Source of the DNA: Octopus vulgaris
Taxonomy: Eukaryota
Reading direction: 5' to 3'
Length of the DNA: 64,000 nucleotides
Assembly (NCBI GenBank): GCA_951406725.2
Contig: OX597829.1
Span: 51,336,001 to 51,400,000 of the forward strand
Below the pieces are notes generated by a model. It searched no databases. It worked only from the letters and a program-made list of their open reading frames with translations, and was not told the DNA's origin. Of the stretch, positions 52,871 through 64,000 are shown in pieces. Each line of letters begins with the position of its first letter. Position 1 is the stretch's first letter. Both the position numbers and the translations under genes were made by a program.

Positions 52871-53130
52871 AACGACCACACTCAAAAGGTGTTTTTACGT
52901 GCTACCTGCACGGGAGCCAGTCCGGTAACGACCACACTCAAAAGGTGTTTTTACGTGCTACCTGCACGGGAGCCAGTCCGGTAACGACCACACTCAAAAG
53001 GTGTTTTTACGTGCTACCTGCACGGGAGCCAGTCCGGTAACGACCACACTCAAAAGGTGTTTTTACGTGCTACCTGCACGGGAGCCAGTCCGGTGGCACT
53101 GGCAACGACCACACTCAAATGTTTTTCATG
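52871..53130. repeat. 56-bp tandem repeat, 4 identical units plus a partial one
   Basis: aacgaccacactcaaaaggtgtttttacgtgctacctgcacgggagccagtccggt starts at 52871, 52927, 52983 and 53039. Confidence 0.95.
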
Positions 53131-53166
53131 TGCCACCAGCACATGCCGGTAAGGTGATGCTGACAT

Positions 53167-53397
53167 CAGGCGAGCTGGCAGAAACGTTAGCACGTCGGGC
53201 GAAATGCTTAGCCAGTATTTCATCTGGCGTTACGTTGTGAGTTCAAATTCCGCCGAGGTCGACTTTACCTTTCATCCTTTCGGGGTCGATAAATTAAGTA
53301 CCAATTACGCACTGGGGTCGATGTAATTGACTTAATACCTATGTCTGTCCTTGTTTGTCCCCTCTGTGTTTATCCCCTTGTGGGTAATAAAGAAATA
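53167..53397 (+). mobile_element. SINE family B with a 15-18-bp TSD
   Basis: ggtaaggtgatgctgaca at 53148-53165 and 53398-53415. Further young copies lie at 56651-56883 and 58608-58840. Confidence 0.88.
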
Positions 53398-53635
53398 GGT
53401 AAGGTGATGCTGACAATGATCATGCTTGAATGGTGCTTTTCACGCGTCACCAGCATGGGAGCCAATCCGTGGCCCTGGCAACAATCATGCTCGGATGTGC
53501 TTTTAACATTCCACTGGCATAATTATCAATCAGGCGGTACTGTAATTGACCACGTCAGCAATTTTTGTTTTGTTTACACTTGACTCAATAGGTCTTCGCA
53601 ATGAAGGGTACTCATAAGTGGGCTGGTTACACCCC

Positions 53636-54060
53636 ACGTTCGGATGCGCTATCAGATGTGGTGTGCAAGAGAGATGACTGCGCTGGTATTGCCATGTGTT
53701 GCAAACGAACGAGGACAGCTGTGTGAAAAAGTGTCACAGCTTAGCAGTTGAGGGAACCTGTGGAAGAGGTAGACCCAGGAAAACCTGGGATGAGGTGATG
53801 AAGCACAACCTTTGAACATTGGGCCTTACCAAGGCAATAACTAGTGACCGAGATCTTTGGAGATATATTGTGCTTGAGAAGACCTGACAAGACAGGTGAG
53901 ACAACAGCCCATGGCCTATGCCAGTGGGTGTAACCAGCCCACTTATGGATACCCCTCATTCACTGGACAATAAACTTTGCTTGTGAAGACGTATTGAGGC
54001 AAGTGAAATCAAAATAGCTGACGTGGCTGAGCACAGTACTGCTTGACCGGCACTCGTACC
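53636..54060 (+). mobile_element. RTE LINE fragment (ORF end and start of 3'UTR)
   Basis: Aligns with 25245-25550 (atcagatgtggtgtgcaagagag...ggaagaggtagacccagga). Confidence 0.85.
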
Positions 54061-55108
54061 AACACTGAACGGGCTTCTTTCTGTTTCTTCCTACCATCCG
54101 ACCGTGGCCGATGCCAACCTCGCCTGGCACCAGTGCAGGTGGCACATAAAAAGCACCCACTACACTCACGGAGTGGTTGGCGTTAGGAAGGGCATCCAGC
54201 TGTAGAAACATTGCCAGATAAGACCGGAGCCTGGTGCAGTCTTCTGGTTTCCCAGATCCCCGGTCGAACCGTCCAACCCATGCTAGCATGGAGAACGGAC
54301 GTTAAACGATGATGATGAAATCCACTCATAAGGCTTTGGTCGGTGTGAGACTATAGCCAAAGACACTTGCCCAAGGCGCTATGCAGTGGGACTGAACCTG
54401 GCACCAAGTGGTTTGGAAGCAAGCTTCTTACCACACAGCCATTTTATTCTATTGCTTAGTCATGGGGAAGAGGTCATGCTCGTGACCTTCATTAGTTCTT
54501 CACCTTCGTTAGTTCTTCTGAAATTGTCATAGCTGACAGTTCCGTTTAAACATCTGCTGACAGAAACTGGGTTGTGACAACACAAACCACTGTTTGGCTG
54601 ACTACATAAATAGGATTGTTCATCAAATATTTGTAACTTTAGAGGTGTAGGGCATGGCTGTCTTGTTTAAAAAAAAACTTGGTTTGCAGCTATATATATA
54701 TATAGCTTCAGGTTCGGCCCCACTGCACAATAGCCCTGGGTTTACTTAAGAGTGAATCAGACGAAAACTGCATGAAAGTATCATGCGCATAGCCAGCTCT
54801 ATGTCAAACTGTCCAACCTATGCTAGCGTGGAAAGCGGATGTTAAACGATGATGATGATGATGATAACGATGATATATATATATATATCTTTTCTCTTTT
54901 ATCTCTTTTACTTGTTTCAGTCATTTGACGGTGGCCATGCTGGAGCACCGCCTTTAATCGAGCAACTCAACCCCGGGACTTATTCTTTGTAAGCCTAGTA
55001 CTTATTCTATCAGTCTCCTTTGCCGAACTGCTAAGTGACGGGGACATAAACACACCAGCATCGATTGTCAATCGATGTTGGATGGGACAAACACAGACAC
55101 ACAAACAT

Positions 55109-55150
<42 letters not shown>

Positions 55151-55309
55151 GACGGGCTTCTTTCAGTTTCCACTACCAAATCCACTCACAAGGCTTTGGT
55201 CGGCCCGAGGCTATAGTAGAAGACACTTGCCCAAGGTGCCATGCAGTTGGACTGAACCCGGAACCATGTGGTTGGTAAACAAGCTACTTACCGTACAGTC
55301 ACTCCTGTG

Positions 55310-55361
<52 letters not shown>

Positions 55362-55577
55362 ATAAGATTTTATAGTTTGCTTGAAGCATTGTATATGGAA
55401 TATAACGTTGAAAGATGTAAAAGGCCAAAAAATGCAAATAGATTTTAAGATGAGGTAACATAGACTAAAAGTAAGTTACCTGGTAACTTATGTGTATCCA
55501 ATATTTCAGGACATACAAGTGCCTTCTTCAGGGTTAAAAAGGAGCTGTCCTTAGTAAAATGTGTGTGTGTGTATATG

Positions 55578-55580
<3 letters not shown>

Positions 55581-55660
<80 letters not shown>
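55581..55660. repeat. (TA)n microsatellite, about 40 units
   Basis: Directly visible; many shorter TA, CA, ATG and AAT tracts occur throughout the window. Confidence 0.97.
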
Positions 55661-55665
<5 letters not shown>

Positions 55666-58600
55666 TGTGCAGGTGGCACGTAAAAAACACCCACTACACT
55701 CGCGGAGTGGTTGGCGTTAGGAAGGGCATCCAGCCGTAGAAACACTGCCAGATCTGACTGGGCCTGACAAAGCCTTCCAGCTTCACAGACCCCAGTTGAC
55801 CCGTCCAACCCATGCTAGCATGGAAAGCGGACGCTAAATGATGATGATGATGATGATGATATGATGATACATACATACATACATACATACATACATACAA
55901 ACACACATGAATGTGTCTTTTTACTATTTGGCAGCTAGTGTTGGCTTGTTTATATCCTAGTAACATAGAACTTTGGTAAAAGGGCCCAATAGACTTAGTG
56001 CCATACTTTACTGGGTCGATCTGCTCGACAAAACCTCTGTAGGCAATGCCCCCACCACCACCACCAACCTGATTGACTCTTAATGACCAAAAACAAGTAA
56101 AAGATAAAAAGGAATTTGTTATAACATAGGAATCTGTTTCTTTCGGTCACCACACACACTAAACTTAACACTACCATAAATCAAACAGTTTTCCAACTGC
56201 TATAAATCTACCAATGTCCATAAAGCATTAAACTAGGCTTAGTCTGATCCAGACTTGTTAATTAAATATTATCAGTGGTCATCATCATCATCATTTTAAT
56301 ATTCACTTTTCCATGCTTGCATGGGTCAGACGATTTATAAAGTACCAGTTTCGCACTGGGGTCGATGTAATCGACTTAATCCCTTTGTCTGTCCTTGTTT
56401 GTCCCCGCTATGTTTAGTCCCTTGTGGGTAGTAAAGAAATAAATAAATATCTCCCTCGCCCCTTGACCAGACAGGTTTTCACAGAAGATTGGAAACTATG
56501 AAGGACACTGCCTGCATAACAACGGTGATGACACTCATTTGCATCTATCGCACTAAGTCAGGAAAAGGAGACAGTAACACACACACACACACACACACAG
56601 AGTCATCAACATGTTAACACCGACTTTTCTAAGCTTGCATAGGGTCAGAAAAGGCGGCGAGCTGGCAGAAATGTTAGCACACCGGGCGAAATGCTTAGCG
56701 GTATTTCGTCTGCCGCTACATTCTGAGTTCAAATTCCGCCAAGGTCGACTTTGCCTTTCATCCTTTCGGGGTTGATTAAATAAGTACCAGTTACGCACTG
56801 GGGTTGATATAATCGACTTAATCCCTTTGTCTGTCCTTGTTTGTCCCCTCTGTGTTTAGCCCCTTGTGGACAATAAAGAAATAAGAAAGAATTCGTTGAG
56901 GTAGATTTTCTATCACCAACCCTTACCTGTTTCCAAGTGAAGCAATATTTCCCCATGAATAGGCAGGTTCTTCTGGAAGATCAGAAATGAAGACTAACAC
57001 TGCTTGAATGACTGTAACACACTACATTGACCATGTGATTGTTGGGAACACCACACACCCGATGTGCTGTTCCCTGGATGTGAAACATCAACTTAACCCC
57101 CTGTTCTGGCTCAAAGTTTGATAATGAAGTTCAGGTATTTGGCAGAGAACTGAAGACTACATTCTATAGGTGCAGGCATGGCTGTGTGGCCAAAAGGTTT
57201 CTTCCCAACCACATGGTTCCCGGCTCAGACTCACTGTGTGACACTAAGGGCAAATGTCTTCTACTATAGCCTCAGGCCAACCAAAGCCTTGTGAATGGAT
57301 TTGGTAGATGGAAACTGAAAGAAGCCCAATGTGTGTATGTGTGTGTCTGTCCCCGCACCACCACTGGACAACCAGTGTTGATGTGTTTATGATCCTCTAA
57401 CTTAGCAGTTTGGCAAAAGGGACCTACAGAATGAGCACTAGGCTTAAATTAAGTCTTGGAGTTGATTTGTTTGACTATAACCCTTCAAGACGGTGCCCCA
57501 GCATGGCCACAATCAAATGACTGAAACAAGTAAAAAGAAAAGCAAAATTGAATTGAACTCTAAAATATGACAAAATAACATCATGGAGTAACAAGATTAT
57601 CAAGCCAGTAACATACCAGACCCTTGTTAATTAATTCACAGCCATACTTCAAATAACAATAAGTAATTAACAGTAATCACTGATGATAACGTTGATAACA
57701 CAACAACAACAAATGATAACAACATGGTAATCCCACTGAGAAATTATTTAGTTTGCCAAAAAAAAAAAAAAAAAAGCATAATTGGGGGAATGGGGTTAAA
57801 TGATAATGTTTACAATTCTACAAAAAAAAAAGAAGTTTTTTGTCCATCCCCTTTTTTGGCTGTCTGGCAAAATTTTCCAGATTAGTGCTTTAAACATCTA
57901 ACATCTACACTTCAGAGAAATATATATAAATTTCAACCCCTACACTACATTTTCGTCCCCATCCCACAGATTCATAATTTGTTTTTGAAATTTATTTCTT
58001 AAATCAGAAATTTTGACATTATTTCAGAAAAAGTCGGAAATTTTTAACAAGTAAATTAGCAAGTTAGAAAATTTTTGTAAGAGATGAGAGCCGTAACTAT
58101 ACTGAAAAGCAATGTCTATTGCTACTAAAACATAGATGTTTTATAGGAACCAATGTTACTACAATTTTTAACCCCAGGAGAATGCCTCCTCCAGCTGGTA
58201 GAAATAGCAGTAGTTCGCTCCAGCTCACAATATGTAAAAATCAAGTGACAACCTGGTCTTGCAATAAGCAAATTAGCAATGTTTATCCCCACTTAAACAT
58301 GGCTGTTCCATAGCAACCGACATTACTGCTGTTTATAACCCCAGGAGGGCACCTCTTCCAGCTGGTTATTCTATGTAACCTGCACCCACTTTGAAATATT
58401 TTTCAGATTAACACTGGTTTGGTTGTGTGGTTAAGAAGTTTGCTTCTCAACCATGAAGCTTCAGGTTCAGTCCCCACTGTGTGTGGCATCTTGGGCAAGT
58501 GTTTACTACCTAAGCCCTGGGTTGTGAGTGTATCTGATACACAGAAACTGAAAAAGGCCCAGTGCATGTGAGAGAGAGAAAGAATGTGTATATAGGTAAA

Positions 58601-60238
58601 TGTGTATAAGGCGGCGAGCTGGCAGATACGTTAGCACACCGGGCGGAATGCATAGCGGTATTTCGTCTGTCGTTACGTTCTGAGTTCAAATTCCGCCGAG
58701 GTCAACTTTGCCTTTCATCCTTTCGGGGTCGATAAATAAAAGTACCAGTTTCGCACTGGGGGTCGATGTAATCGACTTAATCCCTTTGTCTGTCCTTGTT
58801 TGTCCTCTCTATGTTTAGCCCCTTGTGGGCAATAAAGAAATATATATAGGTAAGTTTGCACTTCCGTCATCTCTACATATTCATTCATTGATTGTAAACA
58901 ACCAGTTTTGAAATTAATATCATTTGCTTGCAGTCAACTATGAAAGTATGTTCTGAGCTGCTTGACATGCAGTGAAATCTTGGTAAACAAAAGGCTAGTC
59001 AGCTGAGTGTCATTTGTTTTCACTTTGTTGCCATAAAACATGTCTGAGTTGTTAAGTTTAATAGATTGAGAGTTTAATACACTGGCCTTATAGAAAACTT
59101 GACCCCATGTAAACAAGGAAAAACAGGTGTTAAAATTATTATGATGATTCACATTTTTTTTTCTCAAGGCTTTAGCATTTAAACCAGCCATGACTGTTTT
59201 ATGTTAAAACTGACCATATCTGGCCTCTCTCACTTACTCTACAATGTCATTCTACAAATAAACAATCACATCATCGAAATCTCAAAGCTATGAGATAATG
59301 TATGATTATTTTAAAACATTGTGAGTAAATAAATAATTACATTTGACAGAGTAACCTGTCTGCTAAAGGATTAAACATCAGAAATTACAATTATGCAAAA
59401 ACAAAATTTTCCCAAATCCATTTCAAAAAACATTTTGTTTACAAAAGAAATTTTGGAATAAACAGGCATATTTAACCAAACATAATGAAATAATTACACA
59501 TTATCTCATAGCTTTGAGATTTTGATGATGTGATTATTTGTAGAATGACATTGCAGAGTAGGTATGAGGTGTCAGATATGGCTGGTTTAACTCTTTAGCA
59601 TTCAGGTTACTCAGTCAAAAATAATGCTTATTTATTCACTAGGTTTTGAAATAATTACACATTATCTCATAGCTCTAAGATTTTGATGATGTGATTATTT
59701 GTAGAATTACATTGTAGGTAGGTATGAGATGTCAGATATGGCTGGAGACAAAAGATAGAAAAAAAAGGGGAAAGTTGGACAACCATAAAAGGGATAAAGA
59801 AAAATATAACATGGAAAGTGAAATAAATATATAAATAAATACACCCAAGTGATAGAGAATGAGAGAGAGAGAGAGAGAGACAGACAAGAAAGAATAGGGA
59901 GAAAGAGAGCAAATGAGAGGGAGGGAAATTATAAAAAAGGGGACACAGTTAATTGTGAGACAGTAACATATTGAATGAAACCAAAGCTATTAGAAAATGA
60001 ATGCAACCACAAATGTATACTTAAATATGAGTAAGATCATGGCTGTGTGTATGATAGGTGTCCAAAGTTCACTTCGTATATTTCAAAAGATTAATTAAAA
60101 AACATACCTTTTCTAGGTACAAAAGTATGCATTCATACAGACGCATAGCAACATGCCGGTGCATGCACACACACAAATCAATATACACACATACATGGAC
60201 TTAAATATTGAGGTAGTAAGGTAGATAAACACAATTGG

Positions 60239-60548
60239 GTTAGTTAGTTAATTAGTTAGTTAATTTTTTGGCTCAAAAAGCAAAAAGCAAGGCCATGTAG
60301 GTGACATGGAGTTATGTACAGGGAGGGTGTTCATGTAAAGAGTTCAGGCCACTTGAGGTCAAGGGAGACTTTGAACAAAGCGGTCGTCGGCATCTTCACC
60401 ATCTCGTCTGGCAGCTTATTCCACGGATCCGCAACCCGGACGGAGAAAGCCCCTCTCCTTCAATTGAGATGAAATCGTCGCAGATAGAGCTTTTCGGAGT
60501 GACCCCGCAGCCGACGCTCTGGAGCAGGAGTGAAGAACAGCTCTTTGA
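60239..60548 (-). mobile_element. CR1/L2-group LINE 3' end (third copy)
   Basis: Reverse complement of 49257-49568, with the (GTTA)n tail at the left. Confidence 0.88.
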
Positions 60549-61503
60549 GACACACAATACAGATTATGTAATGTTTTATCTCAACAGCCGTTTCCGTAAG
60601 TGCATGAAAGGTGTTCAACAAGAGACAAGTCCAGATGGAAGTAAATTGTACTTTCCTTTTCAACAGTGGTAAATGTGAGTTGTCTAGTAGTGTTTGCAAA
60701 ATATAAGGATTGGAAGAAGTGGGTGGAAATAGTGAAAGAGAAGGGGGTGGTTAAGTGATGAGATGAGACGACGATACCGCCTGACAAAGACCATGTATAA
60801 AAAAAGATGAAGAGACAGTTAATAGCTGGCAGAAGGAATAGTGTTGTCAATTAACCTATTGGAGTAAGGAGGTTCGAAGTAGTTGTTCTCAGACAATAAA
60901 ACAGTTCATATCAGGGGCAAAAACCACATAGATGTGGGGGAAATTAAACAGTAGGAGGAAACAAGTATGGTAAGAAAAAAGAAGGAGGAGAAAATATGAT
61001 TTTACATAAAGAGCAAAGGTGATATAGAATTTATGTTTGCAAGAAATAATCATCAGAGAATCAATTAAGGGGTCTTATTTTGGTGAGACTCTAACCTGGT
61101 GGGAACACGAAGTTTGTGACTAGACATCTATATGCAATGTTATAACGCAAGCAATGCTCCTTTGAAGGGCAGAGTTGGAAGGGTCAACACTTAGAGGATT
61201 TCCTACTGCTGAGGGACTTGAGCTCAGTCAGTATTCTAAGTTGGTTGATACAATTGTTTATGCCAGAGGTAAAAGCTGGTATGTACACATTAAAATAATC
61301 TGTACATACTGGGTTGGAAAACCTTTCAAACTTAAATGCAAAATGGTTTTTCGACACAATATTTACATGCTGTTATTTGTAGCTCATGTGCTTTGAAATA
61401 TTCTATTCTGAAAAAGAATTATTGTTCTCTCAAAAGTTTACAAAATTGTTACAACATCAAGAAGAAAAATTATAAAAGAAAAAAGCAGAACTTTGTAACT
61501 TAC

Positions 61504-62169
61504 CGTGTACACTGGGTACTATGTTTAAAGGATCAGATGATGTGGCATGCAAAGGTATGTGGCTTCTAGGAATCTTATTTGTATGTACAGTTTGAAGATG
61601 ACCTCTGGGATCATCATTATGGACATTTGAATTGCTCCTAGTAGCACCAACTTTTGCAAAGTTACCAAGCATTTGCATATGAGGATCTGAAGAGCTGCTC
61701 TCTAAATTCAATCCAGCAGTTAATTGTTCAGGTGCTAGTTTATCATTCCAACCATTTAAATGATTGGTGCTTCCAATATTCATGTGTTGCTGTACTGCTG
61801 CTGGTGGTGGTGGTGGTGGAAGAATTTCTTCTGCACCAACTCTGTTTGTATATGTATTAGGTAGAGCTTGGAAATTTTGCCTATTCTGAGAGATACTGTG
61901 TGCGAAACGTTCCTCAAGAAAACTCAACCAATCTCGAAACTGGAACCGTTCGTCACTGGTAATGGCAGGATGTATGAGAGAGAAAGATAGCAATTGACGA
62001 CTTTCTTCAATGTGCACTCTGTTGTCAATAGAGTACGACAAAACTTGAGGAATTATTTGTAAGTAAGCCCTTTTTGCATCAGCATTTCCAGATCGAAGTA
62101 ATGGTAAATGAGAGAGAAGTTGCTTCACAGCCGTTTCTTTTGATTCAGAACATAACTGGCTGATGTAAT
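61504..62169 (-). CDS. SAMD4: Smaug/SAMD4 homolog, first in-window coding exon (666 nt, phase 1 to phase 1); earlier exon(s) lie outside the window
   Basis: Acceptor tttttcag|AT and donor CACG|gtaagt. Translation (D)YISQLCSESKETAVKQLLSHLPLLRSGNADAKRAYLQIIPQVLSYSIDNRVHIEESRQLLSFSLIHPAIT... matches the conserved Smaug N-terminal region (LLSHLPLL, IEESRQLLSYALIHPA in SAMD4A/B). Confidence 0.93.
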
Positions 62170-62926
62170 CTGAAAAACAGAAAAAACAAAATGGTAAAGA
62201 ACAAGTTACTGATGAGTGGGCTACATGAAGATTAAAATGGAGTTATTGATAGAACAGACAGGCCAAAAGGGGGCCCATAGAAGAATATCTCAAAAGTTAA
62301 GAATATCTTAATGACAGCTAGAGAAATAAGGATCAAGATGGCCACAATGAGGTTTCTGGTGACACCCTTAACTGTTTTCTTCCATCCGTACTTCAACCCT
62401 TTTGATACCAACTGTCCTTGGTTTTTAGATACAGACTTCATGTTTTTCAAGTGATACATGCTAAAATCTTCCTGAAATTTCATGTTAATTCATCTCTCAA
62501 ATACCAGCTTAATAACAACAAAGTTGTTTTACTAAATTGTGTATTATTATGAAAGTTTATAACATCAATGGCAATGTATTTCAACAGAAATATGGTAAAA
62601 AGGATTAATTCTTAATATCTCACAGTTCTTCTTTTCAAACACTCAACCATACACTCCTAAGCCTATTACATGATCTCCTATCCTTCTGGACTAAAAATCT
62701 GTACTAAGAAAAGCTTAATTCAATCACCCAATTTGATAGCTTTGGAATTCACCCTAACTGCAATCCTTTACAACCCATTCTCCATTTACTATTCAGATTT
62801 TCTCCCTATAGGCATTGACCTGAAGAAGTTCAAACAAAGAACCAATAGCATCAACTAGGAGCTCTTTGGGGGTCATTTGGTCTGCTAGAACTAGCAGCCA
62901 AATCTGCCTTCAATCACACCCTAATG

Positions 62927-63128
62927 CAGTGCTTTTCAAACTTTTTGCTGGAGCGGAACCCCCAAGGAAACATTCTACTGGCTCGAGGAACCCCTGTGCA
63001 ATAATTTAATAGTCTTATGCACACATATCTGCACAGGAGAATTAAAAATTACTGCCGATTTTAGCAGTTTTGTAACTTCTTGCGGAACCCCTGCACTGTA
63101 TTGGCAGAACCCTGGTTGAAAACCACTG
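62927..63128. mobile_element. hAT-type MITE
   Basis: CAGTGCTTTTCAA / TTGAAAACCACTG ends and an 8-bp TSD ccctaatg/ctctaatg (7 of 8 match). Confidence 0.82.
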
Positions 63129-64000
63129 CTCTAATGACTAAAAAAACCTCATTATTCATTGCGAATTCCTTGCCAGGAAAACCCTTGTTCTTCATGTGTC
63201 TGCTTGATCAGGGTTGATCTGAGGCTAAACAACACCCACCTCACCAGTCTGAGAAGGCAAGCAGAAGTTAAGACCAGTGTTTCCCCTCCTCCTGGGGCTA
63301 AACGTAGTTGAAAACAAAATGCAAATTATGAATATTTAACAGAATGGCGCTAACTGTAATATCTCATCTCAAAGAATCGGCTCAAAGAAAAACTTGTGTG
63401 CTAATAAACTCAGAGCTTGCACAGTGTTGCTGGCCTATTTTTAATTAGGATTGTTTTGAGTTCATTTAACTTCCTCAATGAAGAGCACCCCCTCCCCCAG
63501 ACATTCTGAAAGCCTAAAAAAAAAAAAAAAAAAAAAGGCTTGTTCTAATATAGAAATGATTTGTATATACATTATGTTACACACAATTATTTAAATCTAA
63601 AGCTGTTTCAATGCATATATATTGATTTAATTCTAGCTTGACCGGCTTTTGCACAAATTAGCAAACATTTAGTTTACTAATTTCTATATCAGTACAAATA
63701 TTTTTTTTGCTCAACTCAGAATGTTCCGGGTCTTTATCTCTGAGGGGACCAAATGAGATTGAAACACCAACAACATTCTGAGCAAGCTGAAACTCTTTTA
63801 CTCTCTTTTACTTGTTTCAGTCATTTGACTGCGGCCATGCTGGAGCACCGCTTTTTAATCGAGCAACTCGATCTCGGGACTTATTCTTTTTGTAAGCCCA
63901 GTACTTATTCTATCGGTCTCTTTTTGCTGAACCGCTAAGTAACGGGAACATAAACACACCAGCATTGGTTGTCAAGCAATGCTAGGGGGACAAACACAGA

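Larger units (their letters stand above)
52668..53635 (-). mobile_element. RTE 3'UTR copy with an internal tandem repeat and a nested SINE
   Basis: Reverse complement of the 7390-7880 type sequence, running from gtaaccagcccacttatg to the (ATG)n tail. Confidence 0.78.

Noticed and set aside
55472-55490. Possible Smaug recognition element (CNGG stem-loop) for autoregulation
   Set aside because: The loop register does not fit the CNGGN loop on a closed stem, and the site is intronic. I did no systematic SRE scan.
61457-62128. 223-aa ORF as a standalone gene
   Set aside because: It is an internal exon of the Smaug gene. The true boundaries are the splice sites at 62169 and 61504.

Overview
AT-rich, repeat-dense animal genomic DNA. 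It is probably an octopus or other coleoid cephalopod, inferred only from recalled repeat families and not confirmed by any search. The one host gene I can support is a minus-strand Smaug/SAMD4 homolog. Ten GT-AG coding exons (62169 down to 18443) join with matching phases into about 624 aa, containing the RNA-binding SAM domain ([10 protein letters not shown]...[10 protein letters not shown]) and the conserved C-terminal LDSLCRSMTEIALG motif. Its first coding exon(s) lie beyond position 64000. The rest is mostly tRNA-derived SINEs, RTE and CR1/L2 LINE fragments, piggyBac, hAT and mariner elements and MITEs, and micro- and minisatellites. The items most worth checking are: an old ~190-bp-arm inverted repeat just after the Smaug stop codon that overlaps a splice donor; a candidate alternative last exon; a 28S rRNA fragment inside an intron; two minimal hammerhead-like motifs; a 106-bp palindrome; a near-perfect 200-bp retroelement tandem array; and a deleted piggyBac that shares ends with local MITEs. 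I cannot show a new biological system from sequence alone. The Smaug 3'-end hairpin and splice arrangement is the best candidate. Repeat boundaries are approximate.
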